NCBI GenBank assembly: GCA_014905635.1
Contig: JABVCE010000012.1
Coordinates: forward strand, 434,001 to 498,000
Origin: Scenedesmus sp. PABB004
Lineage: Eukaryota
Length of the DNA stretch: 64,000 nt
Direction: 5' to 3'
Part shown: positions 1 through 11,900 of the stretch, in pieces
Position numbering within the stretch: the stretch's first letter is position 1
Layout: each line of letters starts with the position of its first letter
Made by a program: the position numbers and the translations under genes
The notes under the pieces: model-generated
What the model saw: the letters and a program-made list of their open reading frames with translations, nothing else
What the model was told of the DNA's origin: nothing
The model's database searches: none

Positions 1-2289
1 TGTGGAGCGAATTCGTGCTCAAGGAGTCTGGTGCGCCGCCTTGGCCGCGCCTCGCCCGTCGCGCGCGCGTCGGCAGTCTGGCAGTCGCAGCGGCGCTGCC
101 CGCGCTGCCCGCGCCTGCGCCCGCGCCCGCGCCGTGCGCCCACGCGACCGCGCGCCCGCGCGCCCGCGCAGGCTGCGGGCTGCCGCCGGGGCCGTATGGC
201 CTGGTCGGCGCGGCGGAGGGCCTGAGCTACCTCGCCGTGCTCGGCTTTGCCGGCGCCGGCCTGTCGGCGCGCGCGGGCAGTGGCGGCCGCGCCGGCCTGC
301 CCGGCGCGCTCGCGGTGCCGGAGACGCTCGCGTACGGCGCGCTCGCGGCGGGCCTGTTCGTGCTCGCCAGCCAGGTGCGCGCCTTGCCAGCCACTCGCAG
401 CGCAGCGGGCGGCGCGCGCGCCGGGGGTGGGCCGTGGGGGCGCCCGGGGGCGGGAGCGCCGTGTGGTGCAGCGCAGCGCGGCGCGGCGCGCTCACGCCGC
501 CCGCCGCGCCGCGCCCGCTCACGCCGTCGCAGCTGCAGCAGTATGGCTACATCCCGCCGCCGCTGCCGGGCGGCCAGTGCTACGGCGACGCGGCGGTCGC
601 GCTGCCCGGCGGCGACGCGCTCGCGGCGCAGCTCGGCGCGCAGCTGACGGCGCTGCAGGCGCTGCTGTCGCAGCTGCGCTCGGCCGCGGCCGACGGCGTC
701 GACTCGCTCGCGCTCGCGGAGCAGCTGTCGGCGCTGCAGGCGCAGGCGGACGCGTTCTCGGCCTACGTCGGCGCGAGCGCGGCCGACGTCGACGCGGGGC
801 TGCGCGCGGGCTTTGCGAGCCTGCAGGACTCGCTCGCGAGGGCGACGGACGCGGTGCGCGCGTACGCGGAGCTCCAGCTCGGCGCGCTGGACATCCCCGG
901 CAAGCTCTCCTCCGTGCTCGACACGATGCGCCGCCAGGAGGCGGTGCTCGCGGCGGAGCTGCCGCGCCAGCTGGACGAGCTGCGCGCGCTCGCGGCGCAG
1001 AGCGCGGCGGTCGTGAGCGAGGCCGCGCTCGCGGCGTCGAGCGCGGCGCACCTGCCCGAGCTGCTCGCGGGGCTTGACCGCAGCATGGCGGTGCTGCACG
1101 ACGTGCTCGAGGCGCGGATCGGCGCGCTCGACGTCATGCTCACCTCCCTGCACGACAGCTGCGCGTCCGCGGCGGCGCAGCTCGCGGCCGCGAGCGCGGC
1201 CGCGGCCGCGGCGGGCAGCGCCGAGGTCGCGGCCGCGCTCGGCGACCTGCAGGCGCTGCTCGGCGGCGCGATGGCGCAGGTGCAGGAGCAGGTGTGGGCG
1301 GGGTACCAGTCGCTCGCGCTCGCCGACCACCTGAGCGAGACGCTCGTGTCGGTGCGCCTCTCGGCCGCCGAGCTCGCGGCCGCGGGCGGCGCGGAGGTCG
1401 ACAAGCTGCACCTCCAGGAGCAGCTCACCCAGCTCGAGGCGATCGCGGGCGCGAGCGTCGACGCGCTCGCGGCGAGCACGGGCAGCGCGCTCGCGCAGCT
1501 CGAGCTCGAGGCCCGCCTGGGCGAGATCGAGGCCGCCGCGGCGTCCGCGGCGGCCAGCGTGTCGGCGGGCCTGAGCGAGCAGGCCGCGCGGCAGCTGCCC
1601 GCGCTGCAGGCGCAGCTCGGCGACCTGCAGGACAGCCTCGCCGCGGGCGCGGCGTCCGCGCAGGCGGGGCTCGCGCGCAGCGCGCCGCAGCTCGAGGCGC
1701 TGCTGGAGCAGCTGCAGGCGAGCATGGCCGCGACGGCGGCCGCGGTCAGCGAGGTCGCGGCGGCGGGCGCCGACGCGACCGCGGCGCGTCTCGCCGCGAC
1801 GGGCGCGAACCTGGCGGAGCTGTCCGACAGCGTCGGCGCGTACGCCGCGACCGCGGCCGCGGCCGGCGCGGGCGCCGCCGCCGACGCGGGCTCCAACCTC
1901 GCGCAGCTGTCCGACAGCGTCGGCGCGTACGCCGCCGACGCGGGCTCCAACCTGTCGGAGCTGTCCGACAGCGTCGGCGCCTACGCCGCGACCGCGGCGA
2001 CCGCGGCCGCGGCCGGCGCGGACGCCGCCGCGGCGGCGCTCGGCGCCGCGGCCGACGCGGGCGGCCCGGTGCTGGGGGCCTCACCGAGGCCGCGGCGGAG
2101 GGCTTTGCGGCGCTGCCCGCCGACGCGGCGGTCGGCCCGGCCGGCGCCGCCGGCGCGCCGCTCGTGAGCGCGCTGCCGCCCGCGGCGCTGGAGGACCTGC
2201 GCGCGGCTGAGACGTACGTCGCCGGCGCCATCGACCTGCGCGACGCCAGCGACGCAATCAAGGAGATCTGGGCCAACCGCCCGCAGTGA
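1..2289 (+). CDS. 5'-truncated conserved plant/algal membrane protein (At3g18050-like GCGLPPGP...EGLSYL...GYIPxPLPGxQCYG domain) with a long Ala/Leu-rich helical C-terminal extension
   Basis: Exons <1-30, 172-374 and 533-2289 with GT-AG introns give WSEFVLKESGCGLPPGPYGLVGAAEGLSYLAV...LQQYGYIPPPLPGGQCYG. An apparent 1-nt frameshift lies in the G-run at 2074-2078, before ...AIKEIWANRPQ*. Family recognised from memory. Confidence 0.65.
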
Positions 2290-3536
2290 GGCCCGGCCCC
2301 CGCCCAGGGGACGGCGCGGAGATGCCCCGCCCGCCGGGGCCGGCCCGGCCGCGGCGGCGGGTGTGCATGGGGTGGGTGGGGGACGGGGCCAGGACCGACC
2401 GACCAACGACGCCCGACGCATCGGGGCACGCGCGCCGCGCGGTGCGCGGTGCGCGCCGCGCGCGCGCGCCAGCGCAACGCACCATGCACGCAGCTGTGTA
2501 CATTCAACGCCAACACCACACGCGCTCACACTTGTACGCCGCGCGACGGCGGCGTGGGGGGCTGGGGACGGGCGACGCGGGGGCCGGGGGCGGGGTGGCC
2601 GCACTGCACACGTGAACAGCACCGCGGCGGGGCCTGGGCGGCGGGGCGGCGGCGCGTGCGCCGCCGCACATTATTACGCGCCCCGGTCCGCTTGCTTCGT
2701 AGTACTTTGTCTGGCGCCGTCCGCCTGGGCTGCTGCGGGGCTGCGAGAGAGTCGTGCGTGCGGGGGCGCCTGCGGCGTGCGTGCGTGGGCTCGCGCGGGC
2801 GCGCGGCGCCTGGCCTGGCCTGACCTCGCGGTGAGGGAGCGGTGCGTGCTGCACGCTTGCCCGCTGCGGCTGCAGTCGCACGCGCCGCATTCGCGTGCGC
2901 GACGCACAGCCGCTGCGCCCCCGCCGCGCGGGCCGAGCTGCAGCGCGGCACTGCACCGCCGCCGCGGTCGCGCCTGCCGGGCGCGCCGCGCGCACGGCTG
3001 GCTGGCTGTGGGAGCGTTTGTTGCGTGTTGGGAGGGAGGGCGCGGCGGCGGCCGGGGCGGCGCCGCGGGTCGGCGCCGGGGGCGGACGGTTGTGCCTGTC
3101 TTGTCTGTCTTGTCTTTTGATCGCACGCGCGCGCGACCGCTGGGGGGCAACCACCGCCATAGACCAACGACGGCGACACGGCGCGGCGGCCAGACCGGGC
3201 CGGGCGCGCGATGTACCATTCTTGCAACCGACCCGCACTGCGACCGTCGCCGCGCCCGCCCGGCAGCCGCGGCACGCGGGCGGCGGCGCAGGGCCCAGGG
3301 CGCAGGCGCCGCCCGGCCGGCTGCCCGCGCCACCGCCGAGGAGCCCCCCCCCCCCCCGGCTTGCGCGCCGCCCACCGCCCACAGCCGTACCTCAGCGCCC
3401 CTGCCGCCACGCCACAGGGCGGGGGGCGGGCGCCGCGCGCTGCTGCTGCTGCGCTCACGCCGCCCGCGCGCTCGCCCGCTGCTGCCGGTGCCCCGCCTGC
3501 TGCTCCCTGCTGACCTGCGGGCTGTCAGGTGGAACC

Positions 3537-4543
3537 ATGTCTGCTGCGCCGGCGGGCAAGCGGCGCGCCGGGCCGACCACGCGCGCGCGTGCGGCGGCCG
3601 CAGCAGCGGCAGGCGAGGCGCTGGCTGGGGTGGAGGCGGCGGCGAGGTGTGGGTCCGCTGCTGCTGCTGCTGGTGCTCTCTGGCTGGTGCTGCCCGGCGC
3701 CGCACGCGCCGCCCACAAGCCACCGCCGCCAGCAGCAGGCGCCGCCTGACCGCTCGCCGCCCGCCCCGCCCGCTGCGCCGCGCCGCCAGCAGCCTGTGGG
3801 GGGACCTGCCTGAGCCCCTCGTGCTCCGCGTCCTGAGCTTCCTGCCGCCGGCCCTGCGGGCGTGGGCTGCCAAGCTGGTCTGCAAGGCGGCGCGCGAGCG
3901 CTTCCGCGGCGCGACGGCCGTCTCGCTGCGCTGCCCCGAGCTGCCGCTGGAGGCGGTGCAGGCGGCGTGGCGGGCAGTGCGAGACGGGGCAAAGTGGCAG
4001 CAGCTGCGGCTGGCCAGGGCACGCGCGGCGTGCGGCGACGTGGCAGGGCTGGCCTGGCTGCGCGGCGCCGGCTGCGTCATGGGCCGCGTGTTTGACAGAG
4101 ACAGAGAGATTAATGTGGACGGCGTGTGCTGGACAGCAGCGTCGCACGGCCAACTCGCCGTGCTGGAGTGGGCGCGCGACCAGGGGCTGGACCTGGAGGG
4201 CGTGTGCCGCGGAGCAGCCTCTGGCGGGCACATGACGGTGCTGCGCTGGGCGCGCACGCAGTCGCCGCCGCTGCCCTGGACTGACGACCTCGTGTGCTGC
4301 GACGCCGCGGCGCGCGGCGACCTGGAGATGCTGCGCTGGTTGCGCACCCAAGCCCAGCCCGCGCCCTGGAGTGTCTGGACGTGCCAATATGTGGGAGCGC
4401 GTGGGCACCTGGAGGTGCTGCGCTGGCTGCGCGCCAACGGCTGCCTGTGGCGGCGCGACGCGTGCGAGCGCACGGCGGCACTCAAAGGCCATGAGGCCAT
4501 GGTCGCGTGGATCCAGGCGCAGCCCGCGACGCCGGACGACTGA
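3537..4543 (+). CDS. F-box-like/ankyrin-like repeat protein, cassette A (intact)
   Basis: Exons 3537-3646 and 3790-4543 (phase-2 GT-AG intron with CTGAC branch point). MSAAPAGKRRAGPTTRAR..., F-box-like LPEPLVLRVLSFLPP..LVCK, repeats of VCxxAAxxGxLxVLxWAR. Confidence 0.8.
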
Positions 4544-5403
4544 CTCTGACTCTGGCGGTTCCGATTAAATCAGCTCGGTTGCACTGGGATTAGGGCGAGG
4601 CGAGGCAGGCCCGTGACTGGGCACGCGTGCGTGCGGGGCGCTGCCTGCGGCATGGTGCGCGCGCGTGGCGAAGGAGAGGGAGAGGGAAGTTGGCGGCGGC
4701 GGGGCGGCGCATGCTGGCAACCGGCCGACCGCGCACGCAGCGCGCCTGGGCGGGTCGCGGTCCTGTGCCGTGCCCTAGCGGCGGCACGTCGCCGCGCCGC
4801 GCCCGCCGGGCAGCCGCGGCGCGGGGGCGGCGGTGCAGGGCCCAGGGCGCAGGCGCCCCCTTGCCCGCGCCGCCGCCGAGGAGCCCCCCCCCCCGGCTTG
4901 CGCGCCGCCCACCGCCCACAGCCGTACCTTAGCGCCCCTGCCACACACGCACACGCACGAGCGCCGGCCGCGCCGCCCACAGCTCCCGCACGCGCCGCGC
5001 GCCGCCGCCGCACCGCGCCCGCCCCCTCGCCCGCGGCGCACCCCTGGCCAGGCGGGGCGCGGACCTACGGGCGCCTGGTGACTAGCTCGTGCCGCCCAGC
5101 GCAGCGCCAGGCGAGCCGTGCGCGCGCGGGCAGGCGGTGAGCAGGCAGCGGCGGCGGGCGTGCAGCGCTGCGCGGCGCCCGCTGCGGGCGGCGGGGGTGC
5201 GCGGCGGGCGGGCGTGTGGCGTGGGCCGCCGGGCCTGCGCGCCCCGGGCGTCGCTGGCGGGCCCGCCGCCGCGCCGCCGCGCCGGGGCGGGGGCACGCGC
5301 CGCGCGCTGCTGCTGCCGCGCTCACGCCGCCCGCGCGCTCGCCCGCTGCTGCCGGTGCCCCGCCTGCTGCTCCCTGGTGGCCCGCAGGCTGCCAGGTGGA
5401 ACC

Positions 5404-6341
5404 ATGTCTGCTGCGCCGGCGAGCAAGCGGCTCGCCGGGCCGACCACGCGCGCGCAGGCGGCGGCCGCAGCGGCGGCAGGCGAGGCGCTGGCTGGGGCAG
5501 AGGCGGCGCCGAGGTGGGTCTGCTGCTGCCGCTGGTGCCCCTGGCTGCTGCTGCCTGGCGCCGCACGCGCTGCCCACGAGCCACCACCGACGGCAGCAGG
5601 CCCGGCCTGACTGCTCGCCGCCCGCCCAGCAGCCTGTGGCGGGACCTGCCCGAGCCCCTCGTGCTCCACGTCCTGAGCTTCCTGCCGCCGGCCCTGCAGG
5701 CGTGGGCTGCCAAGCTGGTCTGCAAGGCGGCGCGCGAGCGCTTTCGCAGCGCCAAGCGTGTCTCGCTGCGCTGCCCCGACCTGCCGCTGGCGGCGGCGCA
5801 GGAGGCGTGGCCGGCGGTGCAGGGTGACGGGCGGCAGCAGTCACGGCTGGCCAGGGCGCGTGCCGCGTGCGGCGACGTGGCGGGGCTGGCCTGGCTGCGC
5901 GGCGCGGGTTGCGACCTGCGCGGTGTGTGCTGGCAAGCAGCGGAGCACGGCCAGCTCGCCGTGCTGGAGTGGGCGCGCGGCGAGGGGCTGGAGCTGTGGA
6001 GCGTGTGCACGGGCGCAGCCGTGGGCGGGCACCTGGGCGTGCTGCACTGGGCGCGCGCGCAGACGCCGCCGCTGCCCTGGGGCAACGTCGTGTGCTTCTG
6101 GGCTGCGCAGCGCGGCGACGTGGAGATGCTGCGCTGGGCGCGCGCCCAGGCCGAGCCCGCGCCGTGGGATAGGGAGGTGTGCATGTTTGCGGCTGTGCAC
6201 GGGCACCTGGAGGTGCTGCGCTGGCTGCGCGCCAACGGCTGCCCGTGGTGGCGCGATTTGTGCGAGCGCACGGCGGCACGCGCGGGCCACGAGGCCGTGG
6301 TCGCGTGGATCCGGGCGCAGCCCGCGGCGCCGGACGACTGA
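5404..6341 (+). CDS. F-box-like/ankyrin-like repeat protein, cassette B (intact)
   Basis: Exons 5404-5513 and 5630-6341. Same architecture as A; ends AQPAAPDD*. Confidence 0.8.
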
Positions 6342-7213
6342 CTCTGACTCTGGCGGTTCCGATCAAATCAGCTCGGTCGCACTGGGATTAGGGCGAGGCG
6401 AGGCAGGCCGATGGCTGGGCGCGCGTGCGTGCGGGGGGGCGCTGCCTGCGGCCTGGTGCGCGCGTGCGCGTGTGGCGAGGGAGAGGGAGAGGGAAGTTGG
6501 CGGTGGGGAGGCAGCGCGTGCTGGCAACCGGCCGACTGCGCGCGCAGTGCAGCTGGGCGGGTTGCACTCCCGCGCGTCGCCCGCCGCTGGCGGTGGCGGC
6601 AGCACGTCGCCGCGCCGCGCCCGCCCGGCAGCGGCGGCACGCGGGCGGCGGCGCAGGGCGCAGGGCGCAGGCGCCGCCCGGCCGGCTGCCCGCGCCGCCG
6701 CCGAGGAGGCCCCGTGCGCGCGCCGCCCACAGCCGCCCACAGCCGCCGCCCGCAGCCCCCCTGCCACACGCACGCACAAGCACATTACACGCCGGCCGCG
6801 GCCCTCATCGCTCCTGCACGCACCGCGCCGCCGCCGCGCAGCGCCCGCCCCTGCCCGCGGCGCGCCCTGGCCAGGCGGGGCACGGCGCCTGGTGACTAGA
6901 TCGTGCCTCCCAGCGCAGCGCCAGGCGAGCCGCGCGCGCGGGCGGGCGGGGAGGGCAGCGGGGGGCGGGCAGCGCTGCGCGGCGCCCGCTGCGGGCGGCA
7001 GGGCCACCGGCGGTGCGCGGCGGGCAGGCGTGCGGCCTGGGCAGGGGAGTCTGCGCGCCCCTGGCGCCGCTGGCAGGCCCGCCGCCGCGCCGCCGCGCCG
7101 GGGCGGGGGCGGGCGCCGCCCGCTGCTGCTGCAGCGCTCACGCCGCCCGCGCGCTCGCCCGCTGCCGGCGCCGACTGCTGCTCCCTGGTGGCCCGCAGGC
7201 TGTCAGGTGGCAG

Positions 7214-8266
7214 CTGTCTGCTGCGCCGGCGGGCAAGCGGCACGCCGGGCCGACCACGGGCGCGCGGGCGGCTGCAGCGGCGGCAGCGGCAGGCGAGGCG
7301 CCTGGCGGCGCGGACGCGGCGCCGAGGTGGGTCCGTCGCTGCTGATGCTGCTGCTGGCCCACCCTGGCTGGTGCTGCCTGGCGCGGCACGCGCTGCCCAC
7401 AAGCCACCACCGCCGGCAGCGGCGGCGCCTGACCGCCGCCCGCCTGCCCGCCCCACGCGCCCGCCGCGCCCCGTGCCGCCAGCAGCCTGTGGGGGGACCT
7501 GCCCGAGCCGCTCGTGCTCCACGTCCTGAGCTTCCTGCCGCCGGCCCTGCAGGCGTGGGCTGCCAAGTTGGTCTGCAAGACGGCGCGCGAGCGCTTCCGC
7601 GGCGCCACGGTCGTCTCGCTGCGCTGCCCCGAGCTGCCGCTGGCGGCGGTGCGGGAGGCCTGGCGGCCGGTGCGGGGTGGCGATCCGTGGCAGCAGCTGC
7701 AGCTGGCCAGGGCGCGTGCGGCGTGCGGCGATGTGCCGGGGCTGGCCTGGCTGTGCGGCGCCGGCTGCGACATGCACAGTGGCGTGTGCTACGAAGCAGC
7801 GAAGCATGGCCATGTCCCTGTGCTGGAGTGGGCACGCGACCAGGGGCTGGACCTTCGGGACGTGTGCCACGACGCAGCTTATGGCGGCCAGCTGGGTGTG
7901 CTGCGCTGGGCGCGCGCGCAGACGCCGCCGGTGCCATGGGACGGCATGGAGTGCTGGCACGCTGCGGAGCGCGGCGACCTGGAGATGCTGCGCTGGGCGC
8001 GCGCCCAGGCCGAGCCCGCGCCGTGGAACAGCGAAGTGTGCTGCGTGGCCGCTGAGAACGGGCACCTGGAGGCGCTGCGCTGGCTGCGTGCCAACGGCTG
8101 CCCGTGGCAGCGCATGCAGTGCGAGGACGGGGCGTTTGTCCTTGGCCACGAGGCCGTGGTCGCGTGGATCCGAGCGCAGCCCGTGTCGCCGGACGACGGC
8201 CCTGTCTGGGACGACATCCGCAATGCCGCCATAAGAACAATGCAGTCACTCACTAACATACTCTGA
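7214..8266 (+). pseudogene. F-box-like/ankyrin-like repeat gene, cassette C; start codon ATG changed to CTG (pseudogene or non-AUG start)
   Basis: The position homologous to the ATG of other copies reads CTG TCT GCT GCG. Exons 7214-7326 and 7483-8266 are otherwise in frame, with an extended tail DDGPVWDDIRNAAIRTMQSLTNIL*. Confidence 0.6.
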
Positions 8267-8712
8267 ATCGCCGGGTGCTGGCGGCGGCGGCACGTCGCCG
8301 CGCCGCGCCCGGCAAGCCGCGCACCGTGCGGGCGGCGGTGCAGGGCGGCGGTGCAGGGCCCAGGGCCCAGGGTGCCGCCCGGCCGGCTGCCCGCGCTGCC
8401 GCCGAGGAGGCCGCCCGCGCGCTTGCAACTTCTCTGCCACCATCTCAGGGCTGAGCTGCCGCCGACACGGGCAGGACGCGCCGCGCGCGAGCAGCGCACG
8501 CGCCTCGCTCGCCCAGCGGCGGCGCGCGGAGGAGCGGCCGCAGGGGTGGGGCAGCTCGGGCGCGGCACTCGCCAGCTCTAGCAGGGGCACGCGGGGCGGG
8601 TCGCGCTGCAGGCTGCCCGCGGGGCTGGCGCCAGCAATCGCGACCAGCTGGCGGTTGCCGGCGCCGGGCGTCGCGCCCGGGCGGGCCCCGCTCACCGGTG
8701 AACGCGCTGCTG

Positions 8713-8961
8713 ATGCGGTGCTGCACAGCCCGCCCGCGCGGCGTGCGGTGCGGCCGGCGCGCCGCAGCGCTGGCCGTGCTGCTGCTCGCGCTCGCCGCCG
8801 GCCGCGCCGGCTCGCAGCAGGCGGCGGCGGGGCCGCCCAAAGCGCACGGCGCCGAGGTAAGCTGCCCCGCGGCGGCCGGCGCACCGCGCGGCGCGGCGCG
8901 GGCGGCCCGAGCGGGCGCGGTCAAGCGAACGCCGCGCTGCCGCAGGGCCCCCCCCTGGCGC

Positions 8962-8992
<31 letters not shown>

Positions 8993-11900
8993 GGCGCTGC
9001 TGCAGCAGCTGCGGCCGTCGCGGCGCCTGACGGCGGCGCGGCAGCGCCGGGCGCAGCAGCAGGGCGCCGCCGCCGCCGCCGCGCACTGGCCCTGGCGCGC
9101 CGCGGGCGGCGGCCAGCGCCGCCGCCGCGCGCTGCAGCAGGACGCGCCCGCCAGCGGCGCCGCGCTGCCGTTTGACATCGCCGGCGGCGTGGGCAACGCC
9201 ACCGCCGCCACGCGCAACCCGTGGTACGACTCGCACGTCCTCGCGGCCGCGGGCGGCGCCGGCGGCGGCCTGCTCTACGGCCGCCTGGACGGCGGCGGCG
9301 GCGGCGGCGCCGCGCCGCGCAGCGCCGGCGACGGCGGCGCGGCCGCCGCGGACGCCGGCGCGGGCGGCGCCGCGCCCGACCCTCCGCCGTACGAGTACCC
9401 GCCGGTCGGGCGGCACCCGACCGTGTTCTTCACCGCCGCGCTGCAGGGCTACAGCCAGGCCACCGGCCTGGGCGCCGCCGAGCAGGCGCGCGTCGCGCCC
9501 TGCGAGCGCGGCCGCGCGCACCGCGGACCCGCCGCCGGCGCCAGCGCAGCTGCCGGCGACGCCGCACGGGAGCGAGCGGGACACCCAACGCCGCGCCGCC
9601 GCCGCCGCCTGCCCGCCGCGCCGCGCCGCAGGCGGCGTTCTCCGCGGCGGTGAACGACTTCCTCGCGCCCGCCCCCGGCGCGGCGGTCAGCGCGACGGCG
9701 GTGCTCACGCAGGCGCTGTCGGGCAGCGGGCTCTGGCTCCCCGCGGCGACGGCGCTGCTGGGCGGCGACGCGGCGCTGCTGGACTACCTCGCCGCCACGC
9801 TCGCGGGCGACCCCAACCTCGTCTTCCCCACCGCGACGTGGGGCAGCGTGCGCTGCACCAACATCCGCGTCGCCGCGCCGGCGACGCCCGCGGCGCTCGC
9901 GTACGCGTGGAGCGTGGGCGACTACGGCAACTGCAGCGCGCTCTGCGGCGGCGGGCGCCAGGCGCGGCGCGTCGCGTGCCTGGACAGCCTCGGCAACGAC
10001 GCGCAGCCCTCCGCCTGCGCGCCGCCCGCGCCGCCGGCGAGCCGGTGCGCGGCCGCGGCGCCGCGCGCGCGCGTGCCACGCGCGCCGCCCGCCTGCCGCG
10101 CCGCTGGCTCACGCCCGCCTGCCCGCCCCCCCGCCCGCGCCGCAGGGCCTGCCAGACGCAGCCCTGCCAGGCGAGCCTGCCGACCGAGTTCAGCCTCGCG
10201 CTCGGCGGCTGGGGCGCGTGCAACTCGAGCTGCGGCGCAGGCAGCCGCACGCGCAGCGCGACCTGCATCTCCCGCGAGGGCTACGTCGGCTCGCTCGCGA
10301 ACTGCGCCACGACGCCGGAGGGTGCGGCCCGGCCGGCGGCACGCGCGCGCGCGCGCGCGTGCGCGGGCGGCGCCCACGCGTGCCGCGCCGCTCACGCGCC
10401 GCGCCGCCCACGCGCCCGCGCCGCTCACACACCCGCCCGCCCGGCGCCTACGCGCCCGCGCAGCGCTGGCGGCGCAGCTGTGGGAGCCCTGCCTGCTGCC
10501 GCCGTGCGCGTCGCACTTTTGGTCGTACGGCGACTGGGCCTGCAACAACACGGCGGGCTGCGGCGGCGGCGCCGCGTCGCGCGCGGCGACGTGCGTCGCC
10601 GCCGCCACGGGGCGCCCCGCCAACGCGACGAGCTGCGACGTCAACGACCTGGACAGCTCCACCAAGCCCTGCGCGATGAGCCCCTGTGCCGTCTTCTACT
10701 GGCGCACGCGCGAGCTCGCCGACTGCCTGCCAGAGGAAGCGAGCCGGCCGTGCGGGCGGGTGTGGCGCGCCGCGCGCCCGCGCCGCCGCGGCCCCGCCCT
10801 GACTGCTTGCGGCGCGCCCCTCCCTGACTGGGCCGCGGCCGCCCTCGGGCCGCCCGCCGCCGCCGCCGCGCAGTACGTCCAGCGGCGGCGCTTTGACTGC
10901 GTCAACATGACCTCCGGTGAGGTGGTGCCCTACATCTGGTGCTCCGGGCCCAAGCCGGAGCTGGGCGACGTGGAGTGCACCAGCCCCGCCAACTGCACCG
11001 CGGCCGCGCCGCCCGTGCAGCAGGCGGCCGACGGCGGCGGCGCCGACGGCGCCGACGGCGGCGGCGCGGCGCCCCAGGCGCCGGCGGCGGCGCCGCCCGC
11101 GCCCGCCGACGGCGCGGGCGGCCAGCCCGGCGGGGGTCAGACCCCAGCGCCGCCGCCGCCGTCGGCGCCGTCGGAGGGGCCGCAGCAGCCGGCCTCGAGC
11201 GGCGACGGCAGCGAGGACCTGAGCGCCGGCGTCGCCTCGGTCGCAAGCGTGGAGGGGGCCGACGACGCCGGCGCGCCGGCCACGCCGTCGCCGGCGCCAT
11301 CGCCGTCGCCGTCGCCGCCGGTCAACAGCGCCTGGGGCATCAACGGCAGCGCGCCCGCGCCCGCCGGCGGCGACGGCGGCGACGGCGACCAGCCGGCGCC
11401 GGTGCCGCTGCTGCCGGGCGCGTCTGCGCCGCTGGCGGGGGTCAACGAGACCACGCCGCCGCCGGGCGCGGCCGGGCCCGACGACGTCGCCCCGCCGACG
11501 GCCGTGCCGGGCAACGCCAGCGGCACGGGCGACGCGCACCAGCTGGGGCCGGGGCAGCTGCTGCCCGACTGGCTGCTCGCGCGGCCGACGGCCGCGCTGC
11601 AGGCGCTGCTGGACTGCCCGGCGGGCATGGCCCTGAGCGCGGACGGGCGCTGCTGCGCGGGTGCGCCGCCGCGCGCCGGCGGGCGGGCGCGCCGCCCAGC
11701 GCCGAGCGCGCGGGAGGGGGGCCTGCCGCGCCGCGCTCGCGCTCGCACACCGCGCCGCGCAACGCCCCTGAACCCTGACGCGCCCGCCGCGGCCGCAGGC
11801 GCGGCGCTGGACTTCAAGGGCGCCTGCTGCGACGCGGGTGCCGTCGACGCGTGCGGCGTCTGCAACGGCACGGGGCGGGCGATCGACGCGCTCGGCGCGT

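Larger units (their letters stand above)
3245..8422 (+). mobile_element. Tandem array of three F-box/ankyrin cassettes (A, B, C) with shared boundary repeats; putative non-autonomous element or cassette array
   Basis: Three homologous ~1.5-1.8 kb units. Boundary motif at about 3282, 4829, 6647 and 8347. Non-coding leader and trailer are conserved between units. Mobility is inferred. Confidence 0.6.

Noticed and set aside
2070..2082. Programmed frameshift in gene 1
   Set aside because: The shift lies in a G homopolymer with no slippery heptamer. An assembly indel is more likely.
4590..4595. TTAGGG in the cassette trailer, and resemblance of CCCAGGG to telomeric TTTAGGG
   Set aside because: Single hexamer and not tandem; too weak to call telomeric.
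3245..8422. CRISPR-like or diversity-generating-retroelement reading of the constant/variable repeat pattern
   Set aside because: The repeats are in-frame protein repeats in intron-containing eukaryotic genes. There are no cas or RT genes, and variation is not confined to adenines and includes indels.
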